Part shown: positions 26,001 to 33,749 of the stretch, one piece after another
How the letters are laid out: each line of letters opens with the position of its first letter
How positions within the stretch are numbered: position 1 is the first letter of the stretch
Virus record (IMG/VR): IMGVR_UViG_3300014720_002243
Span: 1 to 64,000 of that record
Reading direction: 5' to 3' (one strand)
Length of the DNA stretch: 64,000 nt
Source of the DNA: a virus
Taxonomy: Duplodnaviria > Caudoviricetes
Notes under the pieces: generated by a model
What the model saw: only the letters and a program-made list of their open reading frames with translations
Databases searched by the model: none
Told to the model about the DNA's origin: nothing
Position numbers and translations under genes: made by a program

Positions 26001-29000
26001 TCTAATTCCTTCTACTACTTCTGGTCCTAAATTATCAATATTTTTTTGAGCAAATACTAGTTGTTGTCTAAGTTTTAAATTTATATCGTCAAAAGTATCA
26101 CCTGTATTTAAAGATATAGAAGCGGAGTCTAGGGACTTCTCTATAATATTTTTAATACCTTCTGGCATCTTTTGAAAGACTTCCCATGTAGCTGCTATAA
26201 TCTCGTTTAATTGAGCTTCAGAAGCAACATTGCCACCAACATTAAATCTTTGTATTCCTCCTACAGGACCACCTTTATTATATCCTTGTAATTTGTCTGC
26301 TTGATTTAGTCTGTTAAGCTTACCGTATCCTATACTTTGAGCAGCTTTCTTATTGATAACAAACTCACCCGGGGTTAATAATGCTGGAACAGTATCTTCT
26401 GGTGAGCCTCCATTTGCAAATCTTCTAATCGAACCACCCATGGCAGCTCTCTGAAAGTATTGCAGAGCCATGGCTCTACTATCTTGTTTTCTGTTTGTTT
26501 TTATAACAGCGCTTGGATCATTGATTAAAGAAGGAGATTTGCTATAACCGCTTTGTAATATCCATGCTGGATCATTGGCTGGGGGCCATGTTTCTTCTCT
26601 TCCATATAGTTTAGGATCAATATCTGCTTGATTTCTTGTCCAATCATCTGGTTTTAATGGTGTTTTTTTAACATCTCCTCTATTTTTAAAATAATATTCC
26701 CATACTCTTTTGGCATCGCCACTAACGCTACTTCTATCTGAAGTTAACATAGCTCCTTTTTCAGTAGCTGCTTCCATTACAACATCATATAATCTTGGCC
26801 CATAACCACTAGTAGCTTTGGATAAACCAACGTAATATAGATAATCTCTCATTTTATATGCATTGACATATCCAGATCTATCATCATTACTCTTAAGATA
26901 CCCTGCACTAATAGTATTTCCATCTTCAGTGATGCTTATCTTACCATAATTTTTAGAGGGCTTGTCTAAAGTAGCGGTGCCTCCATCAGCAAATTTAGTG
27001 GCTTGTAAGAATTCAGATAACGCTTGTTGTTCTGCTGTAACTCTTTGATTGGCCACAGAAGAATCTGCCACGGCATCTAAAGCGGCAAATTTAGCTCCTT
27101 TAACGCGTTTCTTTTGAGAAGCGAACAGTCTAAGCTTTTCCTCAAAATCTTTATCGCTTAATCCCATAAATTTAGCTATTTTTTTCTGTTCTTCAAATTC
27201 TGATTGTGATAATCCATACTTCTTAGCAAGAGGGTCAACTTTACCTCCCCAGAAATAACCTTGTGGCATGGTACTAGCGAAATTAGCATTTAATCCTGAT
27301 GAATAAAATATATCAGAAAGTAATTTTTGTGCTGCTGTATTTTTTTCTAAAACAATCATGTCTAATAAAGAAGGTATTATCTCATTAGCTCCTAATGTAG
27401 ATGATATTTCTTTATCTAAAGATTTTATTGTTTCTGATGATTTATATTTTTCTGGTAATATCGTAGTTAATCCTCTAAAAGAAGAACTACCTGTTTTTGG
27501 ATCAGTAAACATTTTTTCAGGCTGATATGTTCCTAATAAACTTTTACTAAGTTTAGATTTAGTATATATTTCTAAGTATCTATCTTTATTAGCTAAAGAC
27601 TGTTGTAGTAGATTGTCAAAGATTTGAGGATGATTTAAAGCTAAAAATCCCTGAATAGTATGGAAAGCTTCATGCGGTAAAAGACTCTCGGCGCCAGGAC
27701 CGAGAGTAATTGAATTTTTGGTTTGACTAAGCTTTTCTATAGCAAATTTTTCTAACTCTGAATATTCTGATTCTGTGAATTTACTTTTATTTTTACGCAA
27801 AGAATTTATCAAAACTGAGTAATTTGTACCTTTGGTATATCCAAAATTAGCATTAGGAATCATAAATTTTAAGGCTTTTAGAAACATAGAATTATTTCTA
27901 TTAATATCAACATTTGTACCGACTAAAAATCCATCATCAGCAATATACTCAGCCGGCATTATACTTTTAATAATGTCTTTATATTTTACTAATAAATCAT
28001 CTACTTTTCCACCTTTAGCAAACTGTTGTACCAGATCCCCTTCCGGTTCTGGTACTCCATAAACTCCTCTAAAGTATCTTTGAAATTCCTCCATAGCCTT
28101 AGCTCTAGATGTAGAGTCAATCGTTCTCTTAGCTTCTGTTGGTATATTGGCATCTATACCAAAAACTTTACCAGCTACTTCTCCTATTCCACTTGGAAAG
28201 TCTATAGCTCGTGTTCTAACAGCATCGTCTAGCACATCTGCTCCTAGAGTAGCTAATAATTGTTCAAAAATACCACCCTCTATATTTCCTTGATTAAGCA
28301 CTTCTCTCTTTTTAAGATCTAGACTTTTTAATGATCCTGGTTCTCCCATCATTCCAGCAGCTGTCTGAACTATACTGCCGGTTTGCTCACTAATATAATC
28401 AGCTACAGCTTTATACTTAGCTGGTAACACTCTTTCCATAATTGTAGCAGATACCGAGACCGGTTCTCCTGCTGTGTTATTACCCAAGTTCCAAGTCAAT
28501 GGGCCTTGTAAACCATTTTTACCTCTAAGGCCAACAATAGCTAACATTTGTGTTTGGGCTATTTGTTGAGCTGTGCTTTCTAATAATGATTGTTGTGATC
28601 CACTCTTTTGTTTATTAAATAAATCTATAACATAGTCTCTAGTAGCCGCATATGTGGATACGTCTTCTTCTGTAAGACCAGTAATTTCGCCGGGTCTTCT
28701 CATGAATGTCTTATAGTCGCTAAACCAATAAGGAAGATTAGTTTTTACTTTCTTTCCTAGTTTAAGATGATCATACAACGATCTACCAGCAAATTTACCA
28801 AATCTATCCTCGTTAGGAATAACACTATTCCCTAGAGCTTTTAGAACTTCTTGATTAGAAGCTGGTAATAATCCAGATCCTCTAGAAGCTGTTTCTTTTT
28901 GAACTCTAGCTAATATTGATTCTTGAATTGGAGAAAGTGTCTCAGCGGAACCTATGGACGGGAAAGAATCTCTCATACTTTCCGTAACTTGCCCCATCAT

Positions 29001-32000
29001 TATATCTCTATCTATATCCTGGGCTGCTGCGGATACGGATGCTGTCCTATTGGGATCTAAAGCATACATTTCAGGATATTGAGAAGATAAAGCTTGAATA
29101 ACATTGTATGCTCTATATCCAAAAGCTCCGCGAGCCATCATATCTCTTTGAGACCTGATTTGCCTTACCTGCTCCGCCACCTCTGGAGCATTTTCTCTGA
29201 GTTTAGCGCTAACATTCTTGTATGGACCTCCGGGAGCTGACTCCAATAATCTCTGCACTTCCGCATTAGAATTAGCTTTTTCTACTTCTACTACTTCTTT
29301 TATTTTTTCCAAAAGCATAGGAACCATCATACTTCGATTACGAAGCTGTGTTCTATTACCCATTAAGATAGAAGCAATGCTTGGGTCTAGATACTCTTGA
29401 AGTAAAGCATCATCTCCTTTGAATAGTGCATCTCTAACCTTTGTAGCACTAATATCTTCTATACGAGGAATATCTTCTACCTGAATTCCTGCTCTTTGAT
29501 ATTTGCCAAGTACTCCTTCTTCTTTACCGGATGTAACAGCCATAGCTCCTTTTAATCTAGCAAAACGTCTTCTACCTCCTGAGCCAGCGACCTCCATAAA
29601 CTTAGGCAAAGATCCGGGAGGCTGATCTTGAGTACTAATCATCGCTCCACCGAAATTTATCTGACTCAATAAAGCCCTAAAATCTGATGGGAAAATACCG
29701 TATCTTGCTGAATGCTCAATACCTTCTGATCCTTCAGTCATCGGAAGATTAGGAGCAACACTAACAACTATATCTTCTATAGAAGCATCGGGGTTTTGCT
29801 TTATCATTCGAGCTAACAAACTATTTAATGCTCCTCTATGACCTCTTGTTGGAGGAGCAAATCCACCAGTATAAAAACCTCCCGCTTGTACAATCTCTGG
29901 TAATTCACTTTCTCTTTTTCTTCTTAAACCATATGAACCATCTTTTCTTCCAAGAACCATCGCTCTAGAGCCCAATTCTTCTCTTAGAACAGTTTCGTCC
30001 AAGGCAAAATCAGTCGTTGCTCCTCTTGTGGTTCCAGGTTTACGCCCGTATAACCCTTGCCCAGTAGCGTCTCTTCTTTCTTTATTCGCTTCTATTTGTT
30101 GTCTTTCTTGAGCAGAAGACGACGATAGTACATAGGCTCGGTCTACATCTCTAAGGTAAGCATCTAGTTTAGAGTCACTAGCTGTTGATGTTAAAACTAG
30201 CACTTCATCGACGTTGGCTATATCTTGTGGCGTTAGTATTTGAGAACGGGTAGTTTTTCTTAAACTTGCATCGTCTGTTGCTCCCACTCCTGTTGCCAAA
30301 CTGCTTTTACCGCTACCAGCAGCTCCAGCGATGGCTCTTAATCTTAAAAGAGATCCAGATTTTCTCGCAGTCGCTGCTCTTTTGGCTAACTCTATACTAT
30401 ACGCACTAGTATCTGTTAATCCTAATTTCTCCATTTCTGCTGAAACAGTATCTCTATTGTTTGGATCTCTTAAAACATCTGTATCTATAATTCCAACTCT
30501 TCTTAATGCTACTTGTTTTAATCCTGCTAATCCTCCTACTGCAAATTTTTGTATTAATCCACCTAGGTTAAATCTAGGCTTTCCTTTTCTCTTTTTTACA
30601 TCTCTCCCCCACTCCCACATTGGTCCAAAACTATCTCCTTCAATATCTTCAATATTATCTTCGCTTAAATGTTTATCTATATAAGTTTTAGATAATACCA
30701 TTCCATCAATAATTGTGGGTTTACCTTTTTTATCATATCCCATATTAGATCCATGAGCGTCTATCCAATATAAACCTCTTTCTGCTAGCTTACCTTGTAA
30801 TAGTTCAGCGTCTCTCATTCCTTTGTCAGTATCATCTGTTTTAACTTTATCTTGTAAAGCAGCAGTTAATTTTCCAAATTGCTGGACTTTTCTATATCCA
30901 GATACATGTTCCAGCCCTTTTGGTAGTTGATAGTTCCCTATTTCTGCTACTTGTTTCTTTTTAAATCCAATATCTTTAGCTATTTGTTGAATGCCAAAAC
31001 CTGTGCGAGAAATTTTTAGTATTTTGTTACCTATATCGAATGCGACATTTTCTCCTCCTGATCCTATAACCTTAGCCGAACTGACACCGTAAGCTTTTTC
31101 TATTTTATCTAATATACTAGACAATCCTTGTATTTTTAAAATATCCGATAAAGAATAGTAGTCATATCTACCGCCCTTATATCCTTTTAGTGCGGACATT
31201 AGTAGTCCTTGTGTTGTAGTTTTGCCTCCTTTAGCAAATTTTTGTATTAGTCCACCAAAATTTCTACGATTAACTATTGCTTTATTTTGAGGATATAATT
31301 CAAGATATTTATCTTTAGACAGTTCAGATTCTTTCTTTCCTCCTTCGTATTGATATCCTAATCCCTTAGACAGTAGGGTATTTTTAAGTTGATCATTAGC
31401 AAAAAATGGACGACCATATTTATCTTTACCTCCACCAGTTCTTCTATATCCTTCTTTAAAGTCTTCTGTTACGTCCTGATTTGATCTGTAAAAATTTTCT
31501 GTTTCTTGTTTAGCTGCTGCTGCAAGATTTCTTCTCCATTTTGGTCCTGAGTTTAATTCGTATGTATCTATACCTAATAGTCTACTGCTACTATTATATG
31601 ATTCAGATTTTGGCGTAAATTGAATATTTAAACTATCTCCGTCCCTGACTATCTGATTAATTACTTTCTGTGGCTCAGGAGCCCTGCCTCCACCAGCAAA
31701 TCTTTTTCTTCTACTAGCTGACCCTGCTCTTATACTTCCACCACCACCATACTTATTCATTCTTTGTAAGTTTCCAGCACCAATAGTTTCAACAGCTTTC
31801 TTTCGTATAACGAATTCACCGGGCTGTAACATTGCTGGCACAGTGTCGCTGTTACCTACTCCGGGAACAACACCCCCTCTAGCAAAAGCTCTTACTACTC
31901 CGCCACTATTTATAGTTTGTGGGCCAGTTCTTCTATTATTAGTAATACTAGAATTAAGCTGCTGTACAGCTGATGTTAATGATTGTAAAGCGTTGGTATT

Positions 32001-33653
32001 TGTTGAAAGAGCCCTAGTATTATTAACCGCTGCTGCTGCATTTTGCTGATTTCTAGCTCCGCTTAAAGCTTGTCCTGCATTTTGACCAACTGATCCTGGA
32101 GATTGTCTAGCAAAGCCACCTAAAAAACCACTCCCAAATTGAAATAATGCTTCAGAACCTTTAACCGCTGCGATAGAGGTTAAAATAGGTAATAATGGTT
32201 TAGCTACAGAAGCAACCTTAATAAAGGTATTTGCTAAGGTTAATCCTACATTAACTAAAGATCTAAAACTATCACTATTACCAACATCTCTAATTAATGC
32301 TACGAAATTTTCTCTAGTTTTTACAAACTGTATGGATAGCGAAGCTTGGGCTTTGGCCGCATCGGTTGCTAATGATCCTTGTCCCGCATAAGCTACTTTT
32401 AAGGCTTCCTGTGAAGTTGCAAACTGTTGAATTAAAGGCAACACCTTACCTATTTGACGAAAACCTCCAAGTTCTTCAACTATAGAACTAAATTTCAAAT
32501 CTCTAGGATCTAAACGCCCTAATCCTTGAGCTAATAATTCAACAGCTCTATATGCTCCTACGAATTTACCTTCTACGTCGATTAATGTAACCCCATACTC
32601 TTTAAGAGCTTCAATGGTATCCGCTCTTTGAATACGCGTAAAAATTGTTCTTAAACCTGTTGCAATAGTTTCTGCGCTTTCACGAGTGGTGGCTCTAACA
32701 CTAGTAAAAATAGCTAAAAACTCATTAAGAGCATCTGTACCTTCACTAACACCTTTGCTAGCACTAGCAAACACACCACCGGTACGCTGAATAGCTGTAA
32801 TTAAGTCGCTGGATTCTACGGCAAAAGCAGCGGCTACTGAATTAATAGAGCTTAAGGCTTTTTCCAAGTCTCCTGTAGAAATGCTAAACTGTCTCATTAA
32901 AGCGATAGAGCCTTCTACCGTCTCATTTAAACTGTCGAATGATGGAGCAAGAGCACTTAGAGCTAAAGCCTTAAGAGCTTGTTCTGTTTCTCTAGCACTT
33001 AACCCTGCCTGTGCTAATGTGTCTGCAATCCCTATTAACTCACCAGAAGTAACACCTAGGGAAGTAGATAATCCTGTTATAGTTCTGGTCAATCCTCCTA
33101 ATTGTTCGTATGAATCTCCTGTAATCTGAGTTAATCTTACTATTTGTCTATCAAACTCTATAAATTCTGCCGTGGCTTTACTAACGGCATTAACTAAGCT
33201 ATAAATGGCTCCTGTTGCAAGGCTAAAGGCGGCAAAACGTCTTACTGCCAAAGCCGATTGTCTTCCGAATTCTTCTAATTCTGTTCTAGCGGCAGCGGTT
33301 TGTTGTGCTGCTCTTTGTATGTTTTGAGTTGTTTGAGCTATATTTCTAGGTAAACCGTTTAATGATCTAGAAGCAGAGTTAGCACTAGTTTGAAAAGCAT
33401 TAAGAGCATTAGCCAATTGACTAATATTGGTTGCTGTTAATCTTGATTGAGTACTAGTTGTTGTTAATACATTATTTAATCTGGTTAATGTAGTCGCTAG
33501 TTTATTTGCATTATTCGATGCTTGTGGATCTATTTTAACTGTAACAGCAGTATCTATGGTACCTAGTTGTCTACGAATGTCAGCTATAACATTCCTTACA
33601 TTTGATGGTCCTCTTAGATTAATCTCTGCTGTTAGATTAAAACCTTTAGCCAT
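14022..33653 (-). CDS. Giant tail tape-measure protein with multiple enzymatic cargo domains (polyvalent protein)
   Basis: 6543 aa; N-terminal TP901-like tape-measure region; six DTVPAMLTPGEFV repeats; SNase, kinase-like, P-loop, nucleotidyltransferase, HExxH, GNAT-like and SHD1-like motifs; follows tail tube and chaperone genes. Confidence 0.85.
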   Translation of the reverse strand: MAKGFNLTAEINLRGPSNVRNVIADIRRQLGTIDTAVTVKIDPQASNNANKLATTLTRLNNVLTTTSTQSRLTATNISQLANALNAFQTSANSASRSLNGLPRNIAQTTQNIQRAAQQTAAARTELEEFGRQSALAVRRFAAFSLATGAIYSLVNAVSKATAEFIEFDRQIVRLTQITGDSYEQLGGLTRTITGLSTSLGVTSGELIGIADTLAQAGLSARETEQALKALALSALAPSFDSLNETVEGSIALMRQFSISTGDLEKALSSINSVAAAFAVESSDLITAIQRTGGVFASASKGVSEGTDALNEFLAIFTSVRATTRESAETIATGLRTIFTRIQRADTIEALKEYGVTLIDVEGKFVGAYRAVELLAQGLGRLDPRDLKFSSIVEELGGFRQIGKVLPLIQQFATSQEALKVAYAGQGSLATDAAKAQASLSIQFVKTRENFVALIRDVGNSDSFRSLVNVGLTLANTFIKVASVAKPLLPILTSIAAVKGSEALFQFGSGFLGGFARQSPGSVGQNAGQALSGARNQQNAAAAVNNTRALSTNTNALQSLTSAVQQLNSSITNNRRTGPQTINSGGVVRAFARGGVVPGVGNSDTVPAMLQPGEFVIRKKAVETIGAGNLQRMNKYGGGGSIRAGSASRRKRFAGGGRAPEPQKVINQIVRDGDSLNIQFTPKSESYNSSSRLLGIDTYELNSGPKWRRNLAAAAKQETENFYRSNQDVTEDFKEGYRRTGGGKDKYGRPFFANDQLKNTLLSKGLGYQYEGGKKESELSKDKYLELYPQNKAIVNRRNFGGLIQKFAKGGKTTTQGLLMSALKGYKGGRYDYYSLSDILKIQGLSSILDKIEKAYGVSSAKVIGSGGENVAFDIGNKILKISRTGFGIQQIAKDIGFKKKQVAEIGNYQLPKGLEHVSGYRKVQQFGKLTAALQDKVKTDDTDKGMRDAELLQGKLAERGLYWIDAHGSNMGYDKKGKPTIIDGMVLSKTYIDKHLSEDNIEDIEGDSFGPMWEWGRDVKKRKGKPRFNLGGLIQKFAVGGLAGLKQVALRRVGIIDTDVLRDPNNRDTVSAEMEKLGLTDTSAYSIELAKRAATARKSGSLLRLRAIAGAAGSGKSSLATGVGATDDASLRKTTRSQILTPQDIANVDEVLVLTSTASDSKLDAYLRDVDRAYVLSSSSAQERQQIEANKERRDATGQGLYGRKPGTTRGATTDFALDETVLREELGSRAMVLGRKDGSYGLRRKRESELPEIVQAGGFYTGGFAPPTRGHRGALNSLLARMIKQNPDASIEDIVVSVAPNLPMTEGSEGIEHSARYGIFPSDFRALLSQINFGGAMISTQDQPPGSLPKFMEVAGSGGRRRFARLKGAMAVTSGKEEGVLGKYQRAGIQVEDIPRIEDISATKVRDALFKGDDALLQEYLDPSIASILMGNRTQLRNRSMMVPMLLEKIKEVVEVEKANSNAEVQRLLESAPGGPYKNVSAKLRENAPEVAEQVRQIRSQRDMMARGAFGYRAYNVIQALSSQYPEMYALDPNRTASVSAAAQDIDRDIMMGQVTESMRDSFPSIGSAETLSPIQESILARVQKETASRGSGLLPASNQEVLKALGNSVIPNEDRFGKFAGRSLYDHLKLGKKVKTNLPYWFSDYKTFMRRPGEITGLTEEDVSTYAATRDYVIDLFNKQKSGSQQSLLESTAQQIAQTQMLAIVGLRGKNGLQGPLTWNLGNNTAGEPVSVSATIMERVLPAKYKAVADYISEQTGSIVQTAAGMMGEPGSLKSLDLKKREVLNQGNIEGGIFEQLLATLGADVLDDAVRTRAIDFPSGIGEVAGKVFGIDANIPTEAKRTIDSTSRAKAMEEFQRYFRGVYGVPEPEGDLVQQFAKGGKVDDLLVKYKDIIKSIMPAEYIADDGFLVGTNVDINRNNSMFLKALKFMIPNANFGYTKGTNYSVLINSLRKNKSKFTESEYSELEKFAIEKLSQTKNSITLGPGAESLLPHEAFHTIQGFLALNHPQIFDNLLQQSLANKDRYLEIYTKSKLSKSLLGTYQPEKMFTDPKTGSSSFRGLTTILPEKYKSSETIKSLDKEISSTLGANEIIPSLLDMIVLEKNTAAQKLLSDIFYSSGLNANFASTMPQGYFWGGKVDPLAKKYGLSQSEFEEQKKIAKFMGLSDKDFEEKLRLFASQKKRVKGAKFAALDAVADSSVANQRVTAEQQALSEFLQATKFADGGTATLDKPSKNYGKISITEDGNTISAGYLKSNDDRSGYVNAYKMRDYLYYVGLSKATSGYGPRLYDVVMEAATEKGAMLTSDRSSVSGDAKRVWEYYFKNRGDVKKTPLKPDDWTRNQADIDPKLYGREETWPPANDPAWILQSGYSKSPSLINDPSAVIKTNRKQDSRAMALQYFQRAAMGGSIRRFANGGSPEDTVPALLTPGEFVINKKAAQSIGYGKLNRLNQADKLQGYNKGGPVGGIQRFNVGGNVASEAQLNEIIAATWEVFQKMPEGIKNIIEKSLDSASISLNTGDTFDDINLKLRQQLVFAQKNIDNLGPEVVEGIRKILGAGIRKLDVIELDTIRSSSSYKGPGKEYYEDVEKARAGRKVFESGASDAKDVMQAMARSVGGVGSEIYPKPVVKPEDYYSRLDYSDIGPSRGVNDRGQLYAKALAGEDPIKVNALIEKLRKEMEDAARAAGIAISKWGKSESWAAWDIGKQLHMEKNPRESSDRYRLANPLNDAQLQKEIVQRHLAWEATGGRNATTGERLSSADLKDLGARIMEQIEATKAQTDATKAQTDANTQTTFPFMAPPTPSGPTGPGGQRTFAFMSGSGAPNPYSATLPSGIDYNPVSRRIRRNTRENDPNIQERYQRFSSSVFNRSIEQLSTRANIFGGALATAIETTSRFAGSTTVAGKTLSGLAFSVGSVTGSFYQAAQAIRAIGNFADSRFGQRILGQFAQSINTVSLNRFFNQQIRGIFGSSTVGGIATAFGAGTAAAVALTQTFIDYSNALKESRIEEAQKQQERALTKSAEALEKYSKVQDRATLELANTFATSAGIAAINEANARSAGDRRFGMATGTSLGAGAIAGGAIGTFIAPGLGTAIGAAIGGTVAAAIAQSLGADRTSGTTAEESSLLLGRSRSSILEVFNQRFTTGETSEDIMRRPEWNAQRQVLARSNAEVEAIIRGIQSDATLTEDVKKARIEEALQIEASAQLRQQEQIWLRQKGLIDLDNATKAYTRSLKNMFANMDEAINRSSVALENFNTSVELAEASVKGQARIGVFKSETSNIIRNPRASTNEERAQAASVAGSFFGSESGTIRELINIGPKIESAVLASIQAAQTLPGSTTDEAIAAAIRKSVRAELTESSLPQDLSDKLGQQIAIELEKRRKSGDDKVDFRDLEEAIPQLKDSIDALKGAQDIAIKALEDYAQKVGILVDKTNTSVELLVQAGDLLRKASEIRFNSASQLSRTFGSSIDVNAIQSFRDTTIRNQTGGPASPEGILDNINRLENRRAFQQNQLQSAQDRGRSGARDVLGFTDQLSRTTRSLRDNQKALEDLAANSEQASAALEKISEVQAKTQAGQNIIERYLTSTREDNFKLSSAFERLDNNMRGMVNDPFASRNVFEAMRDSDNPVLAADQAIAQDRRDTLEAFNMLAPFLGDTREQNTIKANVLETMLQEAGIGMTPMFNEVIKSLRNPENNSEMSQLVEQYKEGIKIQSKANELLAELNTNFAQNLKQSSEEAFKNAITDTLVKFEEAQVSHLQKIEEILSKQTPAAGLSSGGVVYRNIGGSIFQPKGTDTVPAMLTPGEFVVNKSATQKYGSVLNAINTNTYARGGKVKYYATGGYVSSLLKNETGFTSASSEAETKNFGLSSDFYQNPPDAAGKRNKNFSKNRHFDPGQLTETLRDANTVRLMKLTNNPSIIPLGLNAVGPDAFPLGATSSENYKTFENFINDGVSATSVGIGFYPRYKMALNGTVLADNAPNNVQVSQLGPAIPEALFKNIGTIKERFLEEREAAEALRLKPVIDSVLQNLDLNTYQIYNQQKYTEALSSQLPIWYKEGKSVIDFGGGIDNAIFTKAKADLNKLEYTKGFGEKALFLVPGTSDPVVNQKISALNRSGMPVGFDVNNLQITTGDPGLPIYGAGGFTVDIASRSSRSGQKNLSVLPPSKIYRTSRDSISENLEFLQLIRSDFEDLEKDSFGPETIYSNQYALYQNALSDISKGLIEKAKFNRDILDQDEVANLSSVKGDRIDLSKLTDLYVWSKRSFDASKIKTNPRFKNATNIGSDFPIKNIDTNNIENFVWSLSDSITGSDFLNSVKPFLDPKQYLINETFSETFDAPWAIDKKINVEFPYKTLKKLPIFDFNNGGSISKEYNGFGLYADTFNMLGDNKTINPFKLATTDYNNNKLLLTKTDASSILSNKIKQWINSNGGQVPTKAVDLQLLSKLVQLEPSDLDIIPEDNDLSRETAAARRDIFGAKGSLYQQLAGIGVLYREGGEANFGNLDLDPSMVNDFKDKVDLNKAFATNATNQRFPAYANGLLNIKNELVKSKESLLEDFINQSSISNLNLSDLAPWVKNLQDSRIGDLFSGGPEVPDNLRKVYLQTLGWDKTQKTADLMNATEAKYPGAFQELMSLLQLGFYVNGGKTAAASNTLSSEFNDLQKSFFGTEDLDKLSVFEDSRVAGKRGKQWWKAGGPDWAGFARYNLSIISRKGMIENIQNILNKASQASFNQQDANDLAEDIQSLSIGATGSATIGAETPANNLTDLLTKALDTTKIYTEGYRLDIADAIQKFNMPGGVKDPNLDRIKSMIDPSSDLLTYLAFKDAILSQPISSVQGIKVQGDDRDIKAPRLSNYALNTESINGVNPWSIYETFLDNAAFTNVSNAFNELVDMIGAAGKFTLQDPRTIYQGPVNTFDSKLYENPDHRSADPIKGTGAYTTSYKALAGTIYATLFEKAKKEEALRDSTTEDSNVIYRSKGGSVGYYNNGGSIINFQPRGTDTIPAMLTPGEFVINRQATQKHLPLLQAINSQNYQTGGVVKYLQNGSQNPVSSDSPQDWIRQFVNDIRSASDEDILGYGNSKQTMSLDRFKQFVWDLTAGRWAGFGGDIPRGRVVRKAQPVSADVSFARPNQTSVSFKRDVAETTWTPSSRSMASQRNRQENPYMPPAEDPTAYSPSSRAQASRRARESYKPQYSAESYISDSDAINASQQFEKEYKERKERILKRELMLEEGPTSSINLSTPTMTFEKWDRKNRTDGRIVAYDAARQFLAILKIAGTDIMEPEKKTAGVTAFPINLLGPSSQESVFSLLSNRELSVDDPYPYQKIGINEALNRLEKEYGSDFVKQYRSRDRISKISTNAGLVYDPNQGYIASKLSDFLLSNVLEKQKKFAVPTAEAVPVPDAEVAYTSTKAAEPVFPQKPENRSVTNVSDEISVLGQEFRKWIDVSGKYNTIAKLMSFVNQSRDVKLNKNNNKNIVVPIDKLSSGDKNYLNRVKSSSSSIPAPKTSSTNKPESQQVFNNVDRLWYGGRLWDLNNDGIESEKIVGRIDRILDAERIMIDTNSVPGGSLILRREFMNQEDLDTIKAWENQRRITAVNKQTGGMIYASNGQLINFQPRGTDTVPAMLTPGEFVVNRQATQKNLPLLQSINNSTSNSKSYMRGGIIYAADGAYVRDKAGGPRSMLLSPREAKKLNVPYQIGRGYDAQYFDRNDRGIGPIEWRMIEKADEEYVKSQGRSGINYFDHPELKRQKAFATVPGMVASGLGKLGELINNAIEWEPYGNGYKPVKIFSSMLDMISNVAVGTTRAAGALAGLTVGSVVSIPDMLLSGTDYLFPGSKDAFTRAIGFDTSEFVNVMNEGAALELERAVMNYASLYNNVLGAVDSTFGSNLESTDSWAQAITGNQKKLWEEKMALAIRSGMKGGTSGRDHELMLGALDGISVAASTIGGAALASKIGNIKLAKGLTTMIPEETGSDVLRVLAEINNRLVQGQGYIMQASEIAGTVALPKDIKDAIEASKLQPDTEDPQERASRRVAAVNFARGGLVSEVSGLYQSRLTTQKNLSQANDQWFVVPLKAGRGRGSQAGDTSKIFDANGNILPSNELLTYDMNKLATIYGNDSKLAQKAASTKYPWFDAKQHRLVMGQGIYRNQKTSFSKQDPALKLIDELAYEYKAMPDIFEIKNKEAYTDENIDSSKFLSSLKDSKGNYVKQSVEPAAQMLKDRSNFLTTLFFNLEEALDIVDAYINKEGRDSTLRSAFAGEDPDNILSFQKTAVGSEINNIDNILKEAEINQYAQKVKNKYNQSRILNFGETKNLKSIVDYFTRNKKPEPKTQPTGPVNMAVGGFVPSYYSSGSLVNFAPKGTDTVPAMLTPGEFVINKRATQKNLPLLKQINSQNYQRGGVVKYYQQGTQTPVQQTGGLGSMYSLSLDDKSISLIREFTSRFSEFSNKLANLAIPSLKLDETTLASLNNFTQRFDNFTKELLKLNIPPVITITGKHDVNVNINGASVFSNMDKYVSNMIKNEINNAFAQLARETDGAISMNYNPSAYSNQNSQNMA

Positions 33654-33675
33654 ATATTATGTCCTTTGAGTATTC

Positions 33676-33719
33676 AAAAATAAAAACACCAACAAGTCGT
33701 AAAACCTGCTGGTGCTTTT
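33676..33719 (-). terminator. Rho-independent terminator-like hairpin upstream of the tape measure gene
   Basis: Minus strand GCACCAGCAGGT-TTTACG-ACTTGTTGGTGT followed by a T-rich tract. Confidence 0.55.
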
Positions 33720-33749
33720 AAAAAACAAAAAAAGTGAAGTAAACTAAAA

